Notes under the pieces: model-generated
Databases searched by the model: none
Told to the model about the DNA's origin: nothing
The model's input: the letters and a program-made list of their open reading frames with translations, nothing else
In this document: positions 40,086-51,437 of the stretch, piece by piece
Layout: every line of letters begins with the position of its first letter
Numbering within the stretch: the stretch's first letter is position 1
Position numbers and translations under genes: made by a program
Origin: Octopus sinensis
Taxonomy: Eukaryota
Assembly: GCF_006345805.1 (NCBI RefSeq)
Contig: NC_043015.1
Coordinates: forward strand, 23,436,001-23,500,000
Reading direction: 5' to 3'
DNA length: 64,000 bases

Positions 40086-41755
40086 TACCTGGTTGATCCT
40101 GCCAGTAGTCATATGCTTGTCTCAAAGCTTAAGCCATGCAAGTGTAAGTTCATGCCGTAAACGAATGGTGAAACCGCGAATGGCTCAGGAACCGGACCTA
40201 ATCCTCGGGACCGTATTCTTCCACCGCGAGGAGAGTGGATAACTGTGGCAATTCTAGAGCTAATACATGCAACCGAAGCCGCGATCGCAGGTCGCACCCG
40301 GGCGTCGGGCTCGAAAACGGCGTTCGGCAGCCGTCGCTTTTTTCGCGGCGTCGCCGGCGTCCGCTCGGCCGGATCTGGGGCGGCGCATCCGCGCCCGTCC
40401 CTCCCGGTCGCGACGATACGGTCGGCCTTCCGCATTGGTCGCGGCGCAAATATTAGACTGAGACCGACGCGTACGGGCCGTCGCAGCAGCCGCCGCGCCT
40501 TCCGCGCGCGGGTCTTAGGCGTGCGGCGGCTTCACGCCCTTCGATTTTGGTGACTCTGGATAACTGTCAGTACGATCGCACGGGCTAGTATCGCACTAGC
40601 CTTCGCGCGACGGGTCCCCCGCGAGTCCGCCCTATCAACTGTCGACGGCCCGGTCAGTGCCGACCGTGGTGGCAACGGGTAACGGGGAATCAGGGTTCGA
40701 TTCCGGAGAGGGAGCATGCGAAACGGCTACCACATCCAAGGAAGGCAGCAGGCGCGCAAATTACCCACTCCCGGCACGGGGAGGTAGTGACGAAAAATAA
40801 CGACGCGGGACTCTGTCGAGGCCCCGCGATCGGAATGAGTACACTTCAAATCCGTTAACGAGGATCGACCGGAGGGCAAGTCTGGTGCCAGCAGCCGCGG
40901 TAATTCCAGCTCCCGTAGCGTATATTAAAATTGTTGCGTTTGAAAAGCTCGTAGTCGGAATTCGGGTCTCGAAAACGTGCCCCAGCACGTTCGGGGCGAC
41001 GGCGCCGTCGCAGGCGCGCTTCTGGCGCGTCCGCTTCGGTCGTCCGTTCGCACTCCCGGCCCTATTCGCCGGTGCGTGCGCGGTCGGGCCGCGGAGCTCT
41101 GCTCGCGTCGCCGCCGCGACTCGGCACCGCCGTTCAGCGATCGTCTTCGCCCGCGTCGCGTCGCGTCCGGTTCATGCCTGCGCCTTCAACGGCGCGGGTC
41201 GGTCAGGCGTGCGCGCGGGAGCCACGAGGCGGGTGCGCTATTGGGCGGCGTCGTCGCCGTTCGCGTTCTAGCGGTAGTAGCGCGTCCACCTCCCGGTCGT
41301 TTCGGCCCGCACGGTTCCTCCGAGGGTGCTCTTCGCCGAGTGTCCGAGGCGGCCGGTACGTTCACTGTGAAAAAATTAGAGTGCTCAGAGCGAGCCCCGC
41401 CGGCTTGCATACGAAAAGCATGGAATGATGGAAAATGGCCTCGTCCGCGCGTCATCCGTCGGTCTCCGTTCACGACGAGGCAATGATCGATGGGAGCGAT
41501 CGGGGCCACTCGTATTGCGACGTTAGAGGTGAAATTCTTGGATCGTCGCAAGACGCACTGCAGCGACGGCGTGTGGCAAGCACGTTTTCCTCGATCAAGA
41601 GCGAAAGTCGGAGGTTCGAAGACGATCAGATACCGTCGTAGTTCCGACCGTAAACGATGCCGACTGGCGCTCCGCCGGCGTTCGCTTCGATGACCCGGCG
41701 GGGAGCCTGCGCGGGAAACCATAGTCGGTTCCGGGGGGAGTATGGTTGCAAAACA

Positions 41756-41801
<46 letters not shown>

Positions 41802-42462
41802 GCGGCTTAATTTGACTCAACACGGGAAAACTCACCCGGTCCGGACACCGGTAGGATTGACAGATCGATAGCTCTTTCTCGATTCGGTGGGTGGTGGTGC
41901 ATGGCCGTTCTTAGTTGGTGGAGCGATCCGTCTGGTTGATTCCGATAACGAACGAGACTCCGGCCTGCTAACTAGCGCGTCGATTAGTGCTTTTCCGTCG
42001 TCGGTAGCTCCGCGCGCGGCCCGGGCTTCCCGTTGCCGCCGCTCTCCTTCGCGTCCGGCGCTGCGGCCGCGTCCGGCTGCCGTCCCCCGTTCGCGGGGGT
42101 TCGGTCGCGGCGTGGTTGCGGCGTCGGTTGCGGAGCGGCGGCGGTGACCCGGTCGGCTCGGCCCGCGCGAGCCCGGCGGCGGCACGCCGTCGCGTCCGGG
42201 CCAGTCGGTTGGCGAACGCAGCGCTTCTTAGAGGGACGGGCGGCAGAAAGCCGCACGAGGCGGAGCGATAACAGGTCTGTGATGCCCTTAGATGTCCGGG
42301 GCCGCACGCGCGCTACACTGGAGGTATCAGCGGGCGCATCTCCCCCGGCCCGAGAGGGTCGGGAAACCTCTGAACCACCTCCCGTGATAGGGATCGGGGC
42401 CTGGAACCAACCCCGTGAACGTGGAATTCCCGGTAAGCGCGGGTCATCAGCCCGCGTCGATC

Positions 42463-42505
<43 letters not shown>

Positions 42506-42639
42506 CGAACGGTCCGGTGAGGTCCTCGGATCTGGCCGACGAGTCCGCTTACGCGCGGCGGCGTTCCGCGCCGTCGTCGGCGCGTTCTCTGATGGCCCGG
42601 AGAAGACGACCGAACCCGATCGCTTAGAGGAAGTAAAAC

Positions 42640-42682
<43 letters not shown>
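40086..42682 (+). rRNA. 18S rRNA (2597 nt, greatly expanded variable regions)
   Basis: Starts TACCTGGTTGATCCTGCCAGTAGTC, contains GTGCCAGCAGCCGCGGTAA and TTGTACACACCGCCCGTC, ends GGTGAACCTGCGGAAGGATCATTA. Confidence 0.98.
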
Positions 42683-43452
42683 GCGCCGTGTTCTCGAAGT
42701 AGAGAAGAAGAAAATAGACATTCGCGATCCGCCCGATTTCTTTTATTTTTTTACAAGTCGCGGCCGGGACCCTCGCCCGAGTACCACCGAATGCTCTTGA
42801 TTCGGCCCTCTAACAGCGCAGCAGTAGCGGTCGCGTGACAGCCCGCCGTCACACGCCGCGACACGCCGCGACTCTCTGCTGCCGACCGCGCAACCACCCT
42901 GCCGGCGTCGGCCCGCCCTCATGGCGCTCGGACGACGGGGCTTGCACGCTTTGCGAGCTCCATGACCATTTCTCTCTTCCTTCCTGCCTCGCCGACCGCG
43001 CGATTCGGCCGACCGCCGCCCGGCGCGCAGTCTCTTCGCGAGACTTGCCGAGCCGAAAGTCGCGGCCGGGCCCCCTCGCCCGAGTACCACCGAATGCTCT
43101 TGATTCGGCCCTCTAACAGCGCAGCAGTAGCCGTCGCGGCAGCCCGCCGACACGCCGCGACTCTCTGCTGCCGACCGCGCAGCCACCCTGCCGGCGTCGG
43201 CCCGCCCTCATGGCGCTCGGACGACGGGGCTTGCACGCTTTGCGAGCTCCATGACCATTTCTCTCTTCCTTCCTACCTCGCCGTTGGCGTCGGCAGTGGC
43301 GCGCTTCGTTCCGCTGTCGACGCCTTCGAATCTCATTTTGTTTTTTCCGTCGCGCGGCGCCGGCCTCCTATCGGGGGCCGCTGCCGCTTTCCTTTTTTTT
43401 TTTTTTTTTTTTCTTTCCGTACGTCTAGCGCGTAGTAGTAGCAAATATACCG
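42683..43452 (+). other. ITS1 with internal ~230-bp direct repeat
   Basis: Between 18S and 5.8S; copies at 42755-42994 and 43057-43283. Confidence 0.85.
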
Positions 43453-43614
43453 AAACCCTGGACGGGGGATCACTCGGCTCGTCCGTCGATGAAGAGCGCG
43501 GCTATCCGCGTGAACTGATGCGAATTGCAGGACTCAGTGAACATCGACACCTCGAACGCACATTGCGGCCCCGGGATCCTATCGTCCCGGGGCCCCGTCC
43601 GGTCGAGAGGCGGT
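43453..43614 (+). rRNA. 5.8S rRNA
   Basis: GGATCACTCGGCTCG.CCGTCGATGAAGA...GAATTGCAGGAC...GAACATCGA...CGAACGCACATTGCGGCC. Ends approximate. Confidence 0.95.
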
Positions 43615-44082
43615 CAAGACACGAAAACGCAGTCCGCCGAAGCCTTTGGCTGCGGCGGGGAGTCGGGAGTCGCAGGAAAGGGCGGCGCTCGCCGCCAGGC
43701 CCGCACTATATCTCGCGCGCGAGCCGCCGCCGCTCGATCGTCCGTCTCCCGTAATGCCAGACCGTCATCGTTGCGAAGCGCTGTTGCGGAGGAGGGAGCC
43801 CGCCGAAGTGCGGAAGCAGAGGAGTAAGGGATCAGTAGCAGGAACGACAACGACGACACGGCGAGGCCCCTCGTCGCGTCCGCGTCTTCCTCTGCGTTCC
43901 TCTCCGAGCGACCGCCGCCCTCCGTCGCTGCCGCCGCCGCCGTCTCGTCTTTCGGCGTTCGCTCTGTGGGAATATCTCTTTCGTGCGAGCGTTCGTGCCG
44001 ATCGACAGCGGTGGTGTGCGCGCCGGTAGTAGCAGGCAGCAGCCGTCTCTTTTGCAGCATCTCCTTTTTTTTTTATTCACGC

Positions 44083-45433
44083 TGCCCTCGACTCGGACGC
44101 GATTACCCGCCGAACTTAAGCATATCGCTAAGCGGAGGAAAAGAAACCAACCGGGATTCCCTAAGTAACGGCGAGTGAACCGGGAGAAGCCCAACGCCGA
44201 ATCTCGTCGGCCGCGCCGGTCGTCGAGAGCTGTGGCGCAAGGGTCGTACACGGTCGATCGTTTCGCCCGGCTAGGTTCGGAGTCCCCTCGATCGGGGCTG
44301 CCCAGAGCGGGTGCCAGGCCCATTCGGAGCCGGCGGCGATCGGCGGTGTTCATCGGCCCGAGAGTCGGGTTGCTTGGGAACACAGCCCAAAGCGGGTGGT
44401 AAGCTCCATCCAAGGCTAAATACGGGGACGAGTCCGATAGCCGACAAGTACCGCGAGGGAAAGTTGAAAAGAACTTTGGAGAGAGAGTTCAAGAGACCGT
44501 GAAACCGCCCAGGGGTAAACGGGTAGGACCGCTCACCGCGATCGCGAGGGGACTCAGTCCGCTGCTTCACGCCGAGGCGCCGTCGTCGTCGACGAACGCG
44601 CCGGTGGCGGCCGCTCGTTCCGCGGGCGGTCGTCTGCCGCCTCGTCGGCGTTCGATTCCCGGGGCGCCGGCATCGGACGCACTTCCCCTCCGATCCGTCG
44701 TCGCGACCCGTTTCCCGTCGGGCCGGTAGGCGCGCGGCGTCCGCAGGTCGCAGACGAGAGCCCCGTCGCCGCCGCGCAAGCGGCGGTCGGTGGGATCCAC
44801 GCGCTCTTCTCGACCGGGCCCGTCGCTCCACGTAAAGCGCAGGCACGGCTAACCGACGGAGACGGGCAAACGCACCTCGCCCTTAGCACGAACGACGCAG
44901 CGAGTCGCGCGCGGCCTCTTTGCGGAGGTCGCGAGCGACGCGGCCGCCCGCGCGCCGCGACTGCGCGGAAACCCTCGCAAGGGGGGCGACGCGAATTGCG
45001 GTCGCGGGACACCTTCCGCTCGAAAAGCCGCCCGCTGCCGCCGGTCAGCGACGAGCATCGGCAACCTACCCGACCCGTCTTGAAACACGGACCGAGGAGT
45101 CCCAGTCGACTGCGAATCGTTGGAGCCTTTCACTTCGCGAACTCCGACGGCACAGCGAAAGCGAGAACGTGACACGACGTCGCCGTCTCGCTTCGGCGGG
45201 ACGGCACTTCGAAGCATCGTTCCCGGGTCGGGTCCGCGCGTTCGCCGCGACGTTCGCGTCCTCCGGCGTTCCCGCTCCGACTCAGGTGTAGCAGGCGGCC
45301 GGGGACCCGAAAGATGGCGATCCACGCCCGGTCGGGACGAAGCCAGAGGAAACTCTGGTGGAAGTCCGAAGCGCCTCTGACGTGCAAATCGATCGTCGGA
45401 ACCGGGTGTAGGGGCGAAAGACCAATCGAGCCG

Positions 45434-45476
<43 letters not shown>

Positions 45477-46912
45477 CGCCAGCGGGAGAACGACACGCAA
45501 TTCCGTCCGGTAAAGCGAACGACTGGAGGCCCCGGGGACGTTGACGGCCTCGATCTACTCTCGAACTCGGAACGGGCGAAACGGGCCGCTCCTCTCTCGA
45601 TCGGAGGCGGCCGCCGTTATGCGACGACGAATGCACGGTGCCAAGTGGGCCACTTTTGGGAAGCAGAACTGGTGATGTGGGATGAACCGAACGTCCGGCT
45701 AAGGTGCCCTACGCTTCGCCCATTAGATCCCCGAAAGGGTGTCGGTCGATATAGACAGCAGGACGGTGGCCATGGAAGTCGGAATCCGCTCAGGATTGTG
45801 TAACAACTTACCTGCCGAATCGACCGGCCCCGAAAATGGATGGCGCTGGAGCGAGCGACCGATGCCGGACCGGCCGGGCGACAGGTTGCGCGATCGCCGG
45901 CGAGGCGACTTTCCGATGCCCGGTCGAGTAGGAGGGCGCCGCGGCGTGCATGGAAGCCGCGGGCGCGAGCCCGGGTGAAGCCGACCGCGGGTGCAGATCT
46001 CGGTGGTAGTAGCAAATATTCGAACGAGACCTTCGAAGACCGAAGTGGAGAAGGGTTCCGTGCCAACGGCGGTCGAGCACGGGTCAGTCGGTCCTAAGAA
46101 GCGGGCGAAAGCTTCCACGAAAGGCGCCGGATCCGTCGTTTAGAAAGAAGAAGAACTCCCGTAGTTCGATATCGAGTTACGCGGCCGGCCTCGCATCGAA
46201 AGGGAATCGGGTTAATATTCCCGAACCCGAACTCGGAGAGTGCCCGTCCGTCGGCGGGAACGCGGCGTGCTCTTCCTAGCAGCGCGTCCGTCGTCGAAGC
46301 CGGCGGCCGGGCGAAGCAGCGGCAACTCAAGCGAGCCCGGAGACGTTGCCGGGAGCCCCGGGAAGAGTTCTCTCTTCTTCGTAAAGGACCGCGTCCGTGG
46401 AATCGGCTCGTCCGGAGATACGGATATGGTACCTGTAGAGCGCGGCGTCCGGTGCGCTCTCGGCGGCCCTGGAATATCCGGGTCCGTAACGAATCGCAGC
46501 TCTCGAGTCGGTCCGTACCCACCATCCGCAGCAGGTCTCCAAGGTGTACAGCCTCTCGTCGATAGCGCCAATGTAGGTAAGGGAAGTCGGCAAAATGGAT
46601 CCGTACCTTCGGAAGAAGGATTGGCTCCGAGGACCGGGTCGGTCGGGCCGTGTGTGTCGCCTCGCTCCCGCGCGGCCGCGTCGCCGTTCGCTCGGCGTCG
46701 CGCCGCCGGGCGCCGGAACACGTCTTCACGCGAAGCGGCGGACCGGTACGGGGCTGTAGCGTTGGCGTCGGACTCGGCATCCCGGTGCGCCCCATTTTTC
46801 CGGCGGTCGTCGCAGCGTCGGCGGGCAACCCGCTACGCGCCGGTGCGCGGTCGCGCCTTCGGTCAACGCGGGTCGGCTTCTACGCGCGCGTTCTTTCCTT
46901 CCGCTGCGCTGC
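44083..46912 (+). rRNA. 28S rRNA, 5' ~2.8 kb only (truncated in the expansion segment after the GGGAAGTCGGCAA core, D8 region)
   Basis: ACCCGCCGAACTTAAGCATAT, ACCCGTCTTGAAACACGGACC, CGAAGTTTCCCTCAGGATAGC, GTAAGGGAAGTCGGCAAAATGGATCCG, then an abrupt switch to AT-rich retroelement sequence. Confidence 0.95.
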
Positions 46913-48331
46913 GTTTTGAACTTCTTCCATGGGAGGCGGGTCTGTAACGGTTACTTTCTCCTTCCGTATTTCTCTGTAGAATTTTTTGGCATTGGATGTG
47001 AACAGCTTATTTTGCTTGTAAAACTTGTTTCTCTTCTCAAATCTTCGTATTCTTTGAGCTTTTGCTTGGACTTTTTGTTTCAGCGTTTCTTTTATTGATA
47101 TCACTTCTTCTCTTGGTGAGGATCCAAATTTTCTCTTCATCTTTCTTCCTGTTCTGGATCTTACATCATTTCCACATATTAGTTCATTTAATATTGATAT
47201 TTCCCCTCTCATAAATTCAATCTCTTTTTCAATTTTACTTCTCCAGGTTTGATTTCTTCCCAGGTTTGGTTTTCTTTGTTTTTTGGGGGGCATACAGCTG
47301 GTTTCAATTGCCCTAGCAGAAGCGTAAATAATTTCATTTAACTCAGTAAAATTAGGTTTTAATTCTTGTATTATTTCATTTGTTACATAGTTGCCAATTT
47401 GGATTTGTGTTTTATTTTGGTTTGTATTTGAGAGTTTATGAAGTGGTTCTCTATCATTCATACTTGCATGTCTTACAACTTCAAGCGTATTCAGGATTTT
47501 CTGCCTCATTTCTGCCATAGACTCTCTGTGTTCTTCAGCAAATGCGAGATCTTCAGTTACTGTTGTTTTATCATTTTCCTGGCTATCTTTAACAGGTTCA
47601 ATAGAATTTCTTGTATCTTCAGGCCTTTGCGTACTTTGGTCAGATGGCAGTCTTTCAATTAAGCCTCGTGGCGGGCTATTCTGTTTATTTGATTCTTCAT
47701 TTCCTTTGTGTCTTATATTTATGTCATTTTCCGTTGCGTGCTTGATCGCGCTTATTTCATTGTCTGTGAGTCTGTTATTTCTAAGGATATCCCTCCTCGC
47801 ATTTGCCAATTTGTTCTCGTCCAAATAGGGTCTACTGTCTTGATTCCGTGTTCTCCATATACTGTAAGAGTTTGCGGTGTGTCTCTCTTGAGAAGGCCTA
47901 CCTAATGCATAGTAATAAGCGTATATTACTATTTATACTCTTCTCGGGTCCATTTGTTCCGCTTACATTTTTCTTTCTGTGTTGGTTGTGGTGGTGAACT
48001 TGAAGGGCTCGAGTTGGGGAATTTCCCATTCAAGTGACCATCCATGTCTGTATTCGGAGAAGAGTTTGTGCCAGTTGATGACTTTTCGGTCCCAGGATGG
48101 CTCTTCCCTGGGGGACGCGCTTCCAGATTAACCATAGTACAAGCGATTTGGTATACTGATTTAGTTTTCCTTTTAGTTTCCAAAAACATGTTGGTGCTAC
48201 GATAATGTTATCATTTTTGAGCTCTGAGTGTCTCGCGGGGAGAAGGCCATCATTGCCGTTACAATTATAATCGTACCATTATAGCAGCCGTAGCCGGCCT
48301 GTGGTCACTCCTTGTAGTCATGGCAACAGTG
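46913..48331 (-). mobile_element. 5' half of the same R4/Dong-like element (N-terminal Myb-like region and pre-RT region)
   Basis: RNKWTREEYK, NKLANARRDILRNNRL, LKQKVQAKAQRIRRFEKR..QNKLF...KKFYR, ending TDPPPMEEVQN at the junction. 5' end next to (TTA)n; the boundary may extend to ~48580. Confidence 0.85.
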
Positions 48332-48782
48332 TATTATTATTATTATTTAGAGGAAGGACAAGGCAACAGTCTATTATTATTATTATTATTATTATTATTA
48401 TCTAGGGGAAGGAGAGGGCAGGTTGGCAGTAGATAGGCAGGATGGTAGTCATACAGTTAGATATCGTTAGTCTATAAATAGACTCAATAGGAGTAGGCGA
48501 GGGGTGAAAGAGTGATTGCACCCAAGTGGTCCAGCAATGAGCGGTCAGCAGAGGTCAAATATGTGTTTACAACCAACTCACCTTGTGCGTTTTAATTACC
48601 GATAGGAAGACAGAAATAAAATACACACACTCACGCTCACATATATATAATTTCTATATATATAAATTGCTTAAATTAGTTATCCGGCGGTGTTTAAGAG
48701 TGTTGTAGAAATTTCTGTTTTTTTCATATTTGGCTATTCACAGTACAATGTATATATTAAAGATGATCGTTTGTGTGTGTTT

Positions 48783-48819
<37 letters not shown>

Positions 48820-48920
48820 CTATTACTACTACTATTGCTATTACTATTACTATTACTACTACTACTACTACTACTAATACTACTATTATTATTATTATTG
48901 TTATTATTATTATCATTATA

Positions 48921-48953
<33 letters not shown>

Positions 48954-49139
48954 TTATTATTACTACTACTATTATTATTACTACTACTATTACTACTACT
49001 ACTACTACTACTAATACTACTATTATTATTATTACTATTATTATTTTTATTGTTATTATTATTGTTATTATTATTATTGTTATTATTACTATTATTGCTA
49101 TTATTATTATTATTATTATTGTTGTTATTATTATCATTG

Positions 49140-49560
49140 CCTTTGTACAGCTTCTAACGTTGGAGATGTACTACGGTGTCAGCTGTTCACTACGAGTGAA
49201 CTTAGGTAACACTTCTTATTTTTCGAGCACCTTCCTGAGTGTTCGAGCGGTTGCAAGCAGTGCTGTTTTCCGCAAGTGCTCCACTCTTATTGTAGCCCGT
49301 ATTAGTTCCATGTACTTCTCGAGATTTTTGCTCACAGTTCCCAGGCCTCCGACAATTATTGCCACTATTGCTACCTTTTTCATCGCCCACAACTGCTTAA
49401 TTTCCCAAGCTAACTTGTCATATTTCTCTCTTCTTTATCGCATAGATTGTTGTCAGCTGGGCATGTTACATCTATGATCCAACATAGTTTCTTTTTTTCT
49501 CAATTAAGACTATGTCTGGCTTCCTATTCTCTATCTCATTGAATCATAAATTCCCATAGG
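49140..49560 (-). mobile_element. 3' fragment of an R4/Dong-like element
   Basis: Reverse-complement homologue of 15565-15860, with KPDIV...CWIID and LRKTALLATARTLRKVLEK. Flanked by (TTA)n. Confidence 0.7.
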
Positions 49561-49578
49561 ATTATTATTATTATTATT

Positions 49579-49609
<31 letters not shown>

Positions 49610-50146
49610 GCAGCAGCATTAGTACCTGTAGTAGTATCAATTCGGCAAGATGGCAGAACGGCCAGCTTGCCGGATGAAATGCTAAGCGGTATTTCTTCCG
49701 GCTCCTTAATTTCTGCGTTCGAATTTAGCTGAAGTTGAATTCGTCTATCTTCATTTCCAGGTTGATAAATTAAGTACCATTTGAGTACTAGGGTAGATAT
49801 AACTGACTTAGCTCCTCTCATCAAATCAGCCGGCCTTGTGCTAAAATCTACTTCAAATTTTAGCATAATTCAAGCAATTATGGTATGATTGGGAACGTAG
49901 ATGTAATCGACTGATATTACATTTTTACAACTTAGAAAGGATGAAATATAAACTTGACTGCAGTAAAATTTGAACTAAAAAATCTCGCCGAGATCAACAG
50001 AGCCTTCCATTCTTTCGGAGGTCAAGATTATGGAATACCAGTCGACTACTGAGACCGATATAATCGACAAATGCTCTCTATTTAAAAATTGCTGAATTTG
50101 TGCTAATATTATCACCATCATCATCATCATCATCGTGGTCGATATA

Positions 50147-50213
<67 letters not shown>

Positions 50214-51437
50214 TATTATTATTATTATTATTATTATTATCATTATTATTATTATTATTATTATTATCATTATTATTATTATTATCATTATTATTATATT
50301 AATATGTCTAGTAAAATTGACTGTGTCTTCAATGAGCGTAAATTAATTTAATGCGTTGTGCATGAACGCACGAATGCCTGCCACAGTTATAAGAGCTCTT
50401 GCTATGTATCACATGACTATGAAATTATATTAGCTACAAGATATATTTGAACTAAATATTTTATAGAACACTATAGCTACATACGATGCACAAAAACAAA
50501 TACTTATTCAGATTTACCAGAATCAAACAACTCTCTTGATTATGTTTGGAAATGTATAATACGACACTTGTGTCACAATCAATAAAGAGCAGAACTGAAA
50601 CGCAGGTGTGTCTTCGGTGAGTTTGGTGGAATTAACACGAAGCTTAAAAGCGTTCTAGGTATTAATGTCTGCTGGAACAGTGAAAAAGTTCATTTCACTA
50701 TCACGTCATCATTTCCGTGTTCTTCCCCGCTGCGCTATAACTTGAATTTTTTTTTCTATAGCATACTTTTCATCCAAGCCTTGTGCGTGCAACGGCGTAC
50801 ACGAAACCTTTGGTCAAGCCCTTGGAATATATTCTACCTATTATCAGTCGGTAGAATTAACCCGATATAGGGATAAACATGCGACATATCATAAATTCGT
50901 TTCAATAGATGGAGATTCAAATAGGTTGAGAGCATTAAGATTAAGATTTTGTTGCTTTGGATATAATCTTATCTTATACCCAGAGGTCCCTCACACCCAG
51001 CACAAGGCCCCTGTGCGTAGTTGTTTCTCATGTGACATGACTCCAGCAGATAAACAATTAGAAATGTATTTTCTGTGGGGATTTAAAATTTAAGAAAATG
51101 AAATTACATCCAGCAGAAGGCTGTCTTGGTTCTTACATACATGAATATCAATTTGAATTTTAGAGTTTAGAGTATTAGGGATTATGTCTATAAAGCTATA
51201 TATGATTTTGTGACTATAGGTTGGGCTGCCCTAGTCTTGAACATATCGCAAAACCCTGTCTATAATGAATCACAGTATTCATAAATGATCCGCTCCTCCC
51301 ATATGTATAAGATCGGTATAAATTCGTGCACACAGCTATGCCTACATCCATGTATCCATATATAAATATATATATATATATATACGTACCAAACGATATA
51401 TATAAAGTTAACACATAGACAGAGAGAGAGAGAGAGA

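Noticed and set aside
46880-46930. Site-specific R2/R4 insertion into 28S
   Set aside because: The junction is in an expansion segment upstream of the canonical R2/R4 target region. It meets the middle of the element ORF rather than an element end, and 28S does not resume.
33746-46947. Dozens of overlapping Arg/Ala/Pro-rich ORFs up to 312 aa
   Set aside because: By-products of GC-rich rDNA and IGS with few stop codons; no domain motifs.
48200-48330. Possible HDV-like ribozyme at the element 5' end
   Set aside because: Could not build the nested double pseudoknot by eye.
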